Origin: Bacilli bacterium
GTDB lineage: Bacteria; Bacillota_I; Bacilli_A; RF39; UBA660
Assembly: GCA_017542065.1 (NCBI GenBank)
Contig: JAFXXX010000008.1
Coordinates: 14,444-78,443, forward strand
Reading direction: 5' to 3'
DNA length: 64,000 nucleotides
The number at the start of each line of letters is the position of its first letter. Position 1 is the first letter of the stretch. The translations under genes were made by a program, and so were the position numbers. Shown piece after piece: positions 59,761 to 64,000 of the stretch. The notes under the pieces are model-generated. The model searched no databases. It worked only from the letters and a program-made list of their open reading frames with translations, and was not told where the DNA came from.

Positions 59761-60331
59761 AATTAGCTTTTTTAGGTACAAAAACTTTTGCTCTTTTTTC
59801 TTTTGTATCTTCATCTATTACTTTAGCAAGTGATAAACGCATTTTATTAAATATTTTATAATCACTTCCACTTTGTAAAAGTGTTACAGGAATATGTACT
59901 GATGAACCACATTCTTGAATAAAACCATCTTTAGGTAATTGTGTTCTAAAACTTAAATTAATTTTATCATCAAATTTAGTAACAACTAAATAATTACTAA
60001 CTTCTGTATTACCAACTTGATCTTTTTCATGTGCTTGAGAATAAATATATACTTGTTTATCAATATGACTACCATATCTTTCTCTATCTGCACTTAAATC
60101 TTCATACAATTGATTAAATACGCCAAATAACTTTTCATCATTACTTGGAACATCTAATTCCATTTTAAATTCTTTGTTGTAATCAATATTACTTTCATCA
60201 CTATTGTCCATACTTAGATGTAAATTGTGATCACAACCTAGGACTACAGTTAATCTTAGATTACCTTCCTCAACAATACATTTAACATCGTCTTCTACTC
60301 CATGATGTGATTTTTCATTAATTAATTTCAT
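59759..60331 (-). CDS. Hypothetical cytoplasmic protein (190 aa), no recognisable family
   Basis: Strong SD (CAGGGAGGTTTTTT-ATG). An acidic soluble protein. Confidence 0.6.
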   Translation of the reverse strand: MKLINEKSHHGVEDDVKCIVEEGNLRLTVVLGCDHNLHLSMDNSDESNIDYNKEFKMELDVPSNDEKLFGVFNQLYEDLSADRERYGSHIDKQVYIYSQAHEKDQVGNTEVSNYLVVTKFDDKINLSFRTQLPKDGFIQECGSSVHIPVTLLQSGSDYKIFNKMRLSLAKVIDEDTKEKRAKVFVPKKAN

Positions 60332-60354
60332 AAAAAACCTCCCTGATTTTTATA

Positions 60355-60363
60355 ATTATATCA
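60355..60363 (-). promoter_or_regulatory. Extended -10 element (TGATATAAT) upstream of the 190-aa gene
   Basis: Minus strand CTTATGATATAAT. No terminator lies between it and the ABC permease stop. Confidence 0.4.
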
Positions 60364-60368
60364 TAAGT

Positions 60369-61994
60369 CTATGCTTCTAGACTATTAAATTTTTTAGTAC
60401 CCCATTTATTTAATACTAAATATAGAATTGAATCTATTATTATAAATTTTAATGACATAGCAAGTAATACTATTTTTGTATTAATATCAAATATCATACA
60501 TACTACTATTAAAGCTATATCAAAGAACATAATACCCATACCTATCATAACTGATACAAGTGAACTAGTACTTTGTTTAACTACTTCAGCACTACTTTCT
60601 GCATCTAATTTAGGATATTTTAAATTAATTAATATGCCTATAAAATGAGATATTAATGGCATTACTATAGCAAGTACTAGTAATAAAATAAGCTCAATAA
60701 TACTAAATCTAAATCTTATGAATAATGCTACTAAACCAATTATAAATACTGGTGTAGTTATAACCATACAAGCATATATCTTAGACATAAGTATTGTTTT
60801 TATTTTAACTGGAAGAGATTTTAATATATTAATATTTCTTCCCTCTAAACTAATAACAGAATTAGTTATAGATGTCATTAAAGCAGTAAATGTCATCATC
60901 ATTAATATTACTAAAGAAATATTATTCATTAAGATATTACTATCTAATGCTTCTCCAGTATTAGTATGAATAAACATTTTTGAAAACATATCTATTTTAA
61001 ATATCATTAGGACTACTATTAAGATAAATAATACTAATCCAAAACCAGAATTAATTATAAATACTGGTGTATTAAAGAATGTATTTAATTCTTTTCTAAT
61101 TAATGAAGATCTAACTGATCTTTCTTTAATAACAGTATTCTTATTCTTACTTCTTTTTATAGTAGAACTCTTTACTCTAGAATTAATCTTAAAGTAAACT
61201 TTACTAATTAAGAATATTGTTACTAGTAATACTAATACATTTATGCCTATAAATGTTAATAAATCTAATGCATTAAAATTACTTACAAGTTTTCCAAATA
61301 TACCTGCAGGATAATAATACTTAACTATTAAATCATTTAATTTAGATGCATTAGTAATTAAGTATTCTAAGAACTTAGTTCCATTCATAGATAAATAGAA
61401 GACACCTACTAATATAATAAATGAAAATACTATTTGAACTAGATTTTTATGTTTAAATCTGCTAGATATTGATGATGTTATTACACCAATAATACATGAT
61501 ATTGCTATTGGTACTACTGGTAATAATAAAAGCATTACAATACTAATGATTAAGTATAAAATAATTGAACCTTTATTAAATGGTATATAAGCAATTATTA
61601 TTGGTAATAAGAATAATGAATTATATAATAATTCAAATACATAGAATTTAAATATTCTAACGAATATAACTGTACTCTTTTTAATAGGTAAAGATAAAAG
61701 TAAGTCATCATCTTTACAATTAAATAATAGAGAACTAGTTTTATACATTCCTTCTATTAAAGTTAAAAGTGTTATTGCAGCAGCAAATACTGATAATAAT
61801 ACATAAGCATTATTTGTTTTATCTAACTCAGAAAATAACCCGAATGCCATAAATCCAAAATAACCCATTAAATAAACTGCTAAAATAATTGGAAGAACTA
61901 TACTAGATTTTCCTTTTTTCTTTTTAGAGTTTATTCTAAATATATTCATATCAGATGACATACAAGCTTTTAAAAGTGAAATTAGTTTTTTCAT
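60369..61994 (-). CDS. Polytopic ABC exporter permease (putative ABC_export-type), 541 aa
   Basis: About 12 hydrophobic segments. The start overlaps the ATPase stop by 1 nt. Confidence 0.65.
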   Translation of the reverse strand: MKKLISLLKACMSSDMNIFRINSKKKKGKSSIVLPIILAVYLMGYFGFMAFGLFSELDKTNNAYVLLSVFAAAITLLTLIEGMYKTSSLLFNCKDDDLLLSLPIKKSTVIFVRIFKFYVFELLYNSLFLLPIIIAYIPFNKGSIILYLIISIVMLLLLPVVPIAISCIIGVITSSISSRFKHKNLVQIVFSFIILVGVFYLSMNGTKFLEYLITNASKLNDLIVKYYYPAGIFGKLVSNFNALDLLTFIGINVLVLLVTIFLISKVYFKINSRVKSSTIKRSKNKNTVIKERSVRSSLIRKELNTFFNTPVFIINSGFGLVLFILIVVLMIFKIDMFSKMFIHTNTGEALDSNILMNNISLVILMMMTFTALMTSITNSVISLEGRNINILKSLPVKIKTILMSKIYACMVITTPVFIIGLVALFIRFRFSIIELILLLVLAIVMPLISHFIGILINLKYPKLDAESSAEVVKQSTSSLVSVMIGMGIMFFDIALIVVCMIFDINTKIVLLAMSLKFIIIDSILYLVLNKWGTKKFNSLEA

Positions 61995-62701
61995 TATTTT
62001 TCCTCTAATTCCATAAATACTTTTTCAAGAGATTTATCTCCTTTAATCTCTTTCATACTACCACTCTTAACTAATTTACCTGCCTTTATAATAGCTACTC
62101 TAGAACATAGTTTTTCTGCTACATCTAATATATGTGTAGAATAGAAAACTATTTTACCTTCTTTAACCATTTCATTTAATATTTCTTTTATATCAAATAC
62201 TGCTTTTGGATCTAATCCTACAAATGGTTCATCCATTATAAGTATCTTTGGATCATGAGCTAAAGCAGATATTAAAACTGCCTTTTGTTTCATACCATGT
62301 GAATAACTATCTATTGGATCATTTAACTTATCTTCCATTTCAAATATCTTAGAATACTTTTTAATATTAGCTTCTCTAACTTCTAATGGAGTTTCATACA
62401 TATCACATATAAAGTTAATATAATCTATTGCCTTCATATGTTCATAAGTTTCAGGATTATCTGGAACATAAGCCATTAATCTTTTACATTCCACAGGATT
62501 CTTTTTAATAGACATACCATCTATTAAGATGTCTCCTTCATCAAAATCATGTATGCCTACAATTGATTTAATTAAAGTAGTTTTACCTGCACCATTATGA
62601 CCAATGAATGCAAATATATCTCCATCATTAACAGTAAATGAAACATTATCTACTGCTACCTTTTTACCATATTTTTTAGTAACATTTTTAATTTCTATCA
62701 T
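61994..62701 (-). CDS. ABC transporter ATP-binding protein (ABC-2 type)
   Basis: Walker A GHNGAGKTT, a signature region YSHGMKQK and Walker B ILIMDEP. The start was moved from TTG 62713 to ATG 62701 (GGAGG, 5 nt, ATG). Confidence 0.9.
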   Translation of the reverse strand: MIEIKNVTKKYGKKVAVDNVSFTVNDGDIFAFIGHNGAGKTTLIKSIVGIHDFDEGDILIDGMSIKKNPVECKRLMAYVPDNPETYEHMKAIDYINFICDMYETPLEVREANIKKYSKIFEMEDKLNDPIDSYSHGMKQKAVLISALAHDPKILIMDEPFVGLDPKAVFDIKEILNEMVKEGKIVFYSTHILDVAEKLCSRVAIIKAGKLVKSGSMKEIKGDKSLEKVFMELEEK

Positions 62702-62722
62702 AATAACCTCCAAGAAAAAAGA

Positions 62723-62908
62723 CTACTCCCTAGTCTTTTTTATTTTTTTAATATTTACTATAAATAATAATATATTAGCTAATGCTGTACAACCTAATGC
62801 AAAGGCTAAAGATAATTTCCAAATATCAAAGAAACTTAATACAAGGAAAGTAACTCCTGCAACAAAACATATAGATGCAATAATTATTAGGATTAAATCT
62901 TTCTTCAT
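62723..62908 (-). CDS. Small two-TM membrane protein (61 aa), first gene of the ABC operon
   Basis: Strong SD (AAGGAGAATATATT-ATG), two hydrophobic helices and a basic tail. Confidence 0.55.
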   Translation of the reverse strand: MKKDLILIIIASICFVAGVTFLVLSFFDIWKLSLAFALGCTALANILLFIVNIKKIKKTRE

Positions 62909-62929
62909 AATATATTCTCCTTAAAATAC

Positions 62930-62938
62930 ATTATAACA
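62930..62938 (-). promoter_or_regulatory. Extended -10 promoter (TGTTATAAT) for the small-TM/ABC operon
   Basis: Minus strand GTCTTTTTTGTTATAAT after the terminator. Confidence 0.5.
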
Positions 62939-62962
62939 AAAAAGACTAGATTTTTCTAGTCT
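62938..62962 (-). terminator. Rho-independent terminator after the GT2 gene
   Basis: Minus strand AGACTAGA-AAAA-TCTAGTCT followed by TTTTT. It overlaps the TAG stop. Confidence 0.7.
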
Positions 62963-63708
62963 CTTGGCTTAAAAACTGTATTGCCTATTACTATTAATGC
63001 AAGTCCTAATAATACTAGAAATATAGATATTACTACAAAGAATAAATTCATTCCTAGTAAAGCTATAATTAAGAATATAAACAGAGCTATTACTATGTAA
63101 TGAATACCTACTAAAGTAAATATAATTCTAAATGTTTTTCTAACACCTACTTTTGATAAAGAACCCTCTCTAGAATTATTATATACATATATTTGTTTAT
63201 CTATAAAAGAACTAGTTTTAGGTTTAATCATATCATTAAACTTTTTATCTTCAGCATAATTTATTACTTCTTCAAATCTAGTATTTCCGATTAATTCTCT
63301 TTTATATACTTTACTCCATACTGTTGGGTTCCACATAGGAGGTCTATCAGTTACTACTACATCATGTTTATTACTAACCCAGCTTAAATAAATAATATCT
63401 TTATCTTCATCTATTTTCTTTTTTATTTCAGATATATAATCTGCAGTAACTATATCGTCAGCATCTATAAATGCAATATATTTTCCCTTAGCATTCTCAA
63501 TACCAACGTTTCTTGGTTTACCTGCTCCACCACTATTAGTTTCTAAATGTATTACTCTTGCTTTTAAATTATCTAATTCTTTTTCATTACATCCATCATC
63601 TACTATGATTACTTCTACTTCATCATCTAATTGTGGTTCTAATACTGTAAATAATCTTTTAATATGATCTAATACATTATAATATGGAATAATAATTGTT
63701 AATTTCAT
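62956..63708 (-). CDS. Family 2 glycosyltransferase with C-terminal TM segments
   Basis: IIIPYYNV, VIIVDDGC and FIDADD (DxD). The C-terminal hydrophobic stretch is IIFTLVGIHYIVIALFIFLIIALLGMNLFFVVISIFLVLLGLALIVI. Confidence 0.85.
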   Translation of the reverse strand: MKLTIIIPYYNVLDHIKRLFTVLEPQLDDEVEVIIVDDGCNEKELDNLKARVIHLETNSGGAGKPRNVGIENAKGKYIAFIDADDIVTADYISEIKKKIDEDKDIIYLSWVSNKHDVVVTDRPPMWNPTVWSKVYKRELIGNTRFEEVINYAEDKKFNDMIKPKTSSFIDKQIYVYNNSREGSLSKVGVRKTFRIIFTLVGIHYIVIALFIFLIIALLGMNLFFVVISIFLVLLGLALIVIGNTVFKPRD

Positions 63709-63726
63709 ATATTGTCACCTATCATG

Positions 63727-63735
63727 ATTATATCA
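63727..63735 (-). promoter_or_regulatory. Extended -10 promoter (TGATATAAT) for the GT2 gene
   Basis: Minus strand CTTTTTTTGTGATATAAT after the terminator. Confidence 0.5.
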
Positions 63736-63736
63736 C

Positions 63737-63760
63737 AAAAAAAGACTAGTAAACTAGTCT
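63737..63760 (-). terminator. Rho-independent terminator after the CYTH-like gene
   Basis: Minus strand AGACTAG-TTTA-CTAGTCT followed by TTTTTTT. It shares the AGACTAG/CTAGTCT core with the terminator at 62938. Confidence 0.65.
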
Positions 63761-64000
63761 AATTCTTCTAATAATTCGGGATACCTTTTTAATTCTATGT
63801 CATTCATATTTATTCTAAGTTCTTTTAATAAATCAAATAACATATCTGACTCTTTATCTAAATCATAATCATATTTCTTTATTTCTATTTCTATAAAATA
63901 ACCTAAGTTCTCTACATCATCAAATGAGAACTCATATTTATCTTTATACATATATATAGTTCTATGTTTATTAACATGAACTGATTCTTTTAAATCTATA
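63754..64000 (-). CDS. CYTH-domain protein (CyaB-like class IV adenylyl cyclase / triphosphatase), 5'-truncated by the window edge
   Basis: The frame stays open upstream of the track Met to base 63999 (IDLKESVHVNKHRTIY-MYKDKYEFSFDDVENLGYFIEIEI...). D.V..LG.F.EIE is the CYTH C-terminal signature. Confidence 0.6.
   Translation of the reverse strand, partial: IDLKESVHVNKHRTIYMYKDKYEFSFDDVENLGYFIEIEIKKYDYDLDKESDMLFDLLKELRINMNDIELKRYPELLEELD

Noticed and set aside
9224-62924. Plus-strand track ORFs lying antisense inside minus-strand genes: 9224..9538, 9708..10142, 29773..29961, 31361..31768, 35415..35636, 39371..39553, 40220..40426, 41079..41264, 41991..42173, 42174..42389, 42739..42954, 44980..45282, 48298..48483, 48496..48735, 60718..60969 and 62604..62924.
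   Set aside because: Each is fully or mostly contained in a longer opposite-strand gene with clear family motifs. Their translations are low-complexity (I/L/F/S/N-rich), as expected from the reverse complement of AT-rich coding DNA. None has a convincing SD.
1-64000. Alternative genetic code (TGA = Trp, Mollicutes-like), considered because of the very low GC content.
   Set aside because: Trp is encoded by TGG throughout (for example WCGPC in trxA and WYDNE in gap). gap terminates at TGA at the normal length of 333 aa. All housekeeping proteins have standard lengths under code 11.

Overview
AT-rich (roughly 26-28% GC by eye), very compact chromosomal segment of a low-GC Firmicute. Taxon is inference only, possibly Erysipelotrichales-like. 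Standard code 11 applies: Trp is TGG, and gap ends at TGA at a normal length. About 55 genes are present, and all but a response-regulator/histidine-kinase pair and a tRNA-Gly lie on the minus strand. Housekeeping content: infC-rpmI-rplT, cysS, lysS, dusB, gap, pgk, deoD, trxA/trxB, queH, an RumA-type rRNA methyltransferase, DNA-repair glycosylases, NUDIX hydrolases and two solitary tRNAs. These are interleaved with an unusually rich surface-protein set: three very large secreted proteins, a possible thioester-type adhesin, Ig-domain proteins and two sortases. The largest gene in the window is absent from the supplied ORF track. It is a minus-strand ORF from ATG 9759 to base 1 (>=3253 aa), truncated by the window edge. 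It carries Listeria-Bacteroides repeats, a LamG domain, a triplicated unknown module, beta-helix repeats and two ALK/LTK-type glycine-rich domains. Other notable points: ribosomal protein L20 fused to a C-terminal Rho_N/SAP-like motif; an L20-leader-like attenuator with a non-AUG (ATA) infC start; gap translationally coupled to two membrane-anchored paralogous-module proteins; an orphan HPt-REC bicistron; a Fic gene with a perfect consensus promoter beside tRNA-Arg; a Fur-family/metal-ABC/thioredoxin operon with a 8-1-8 palindromic operator; and a relic of the methyltransferase 3' end marking a NUDIX gene insertion. Transcription units are delimited by a recurring module of a stop-codon-overlapping terminator followed by an extended -10 promoter. 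No CRISPR array, transposase, integrase or prophage genes were seen. Several track starts are GTG/TTG codons lying inside Shine-Dalgarno sequences and were moved to the downstream ATG.
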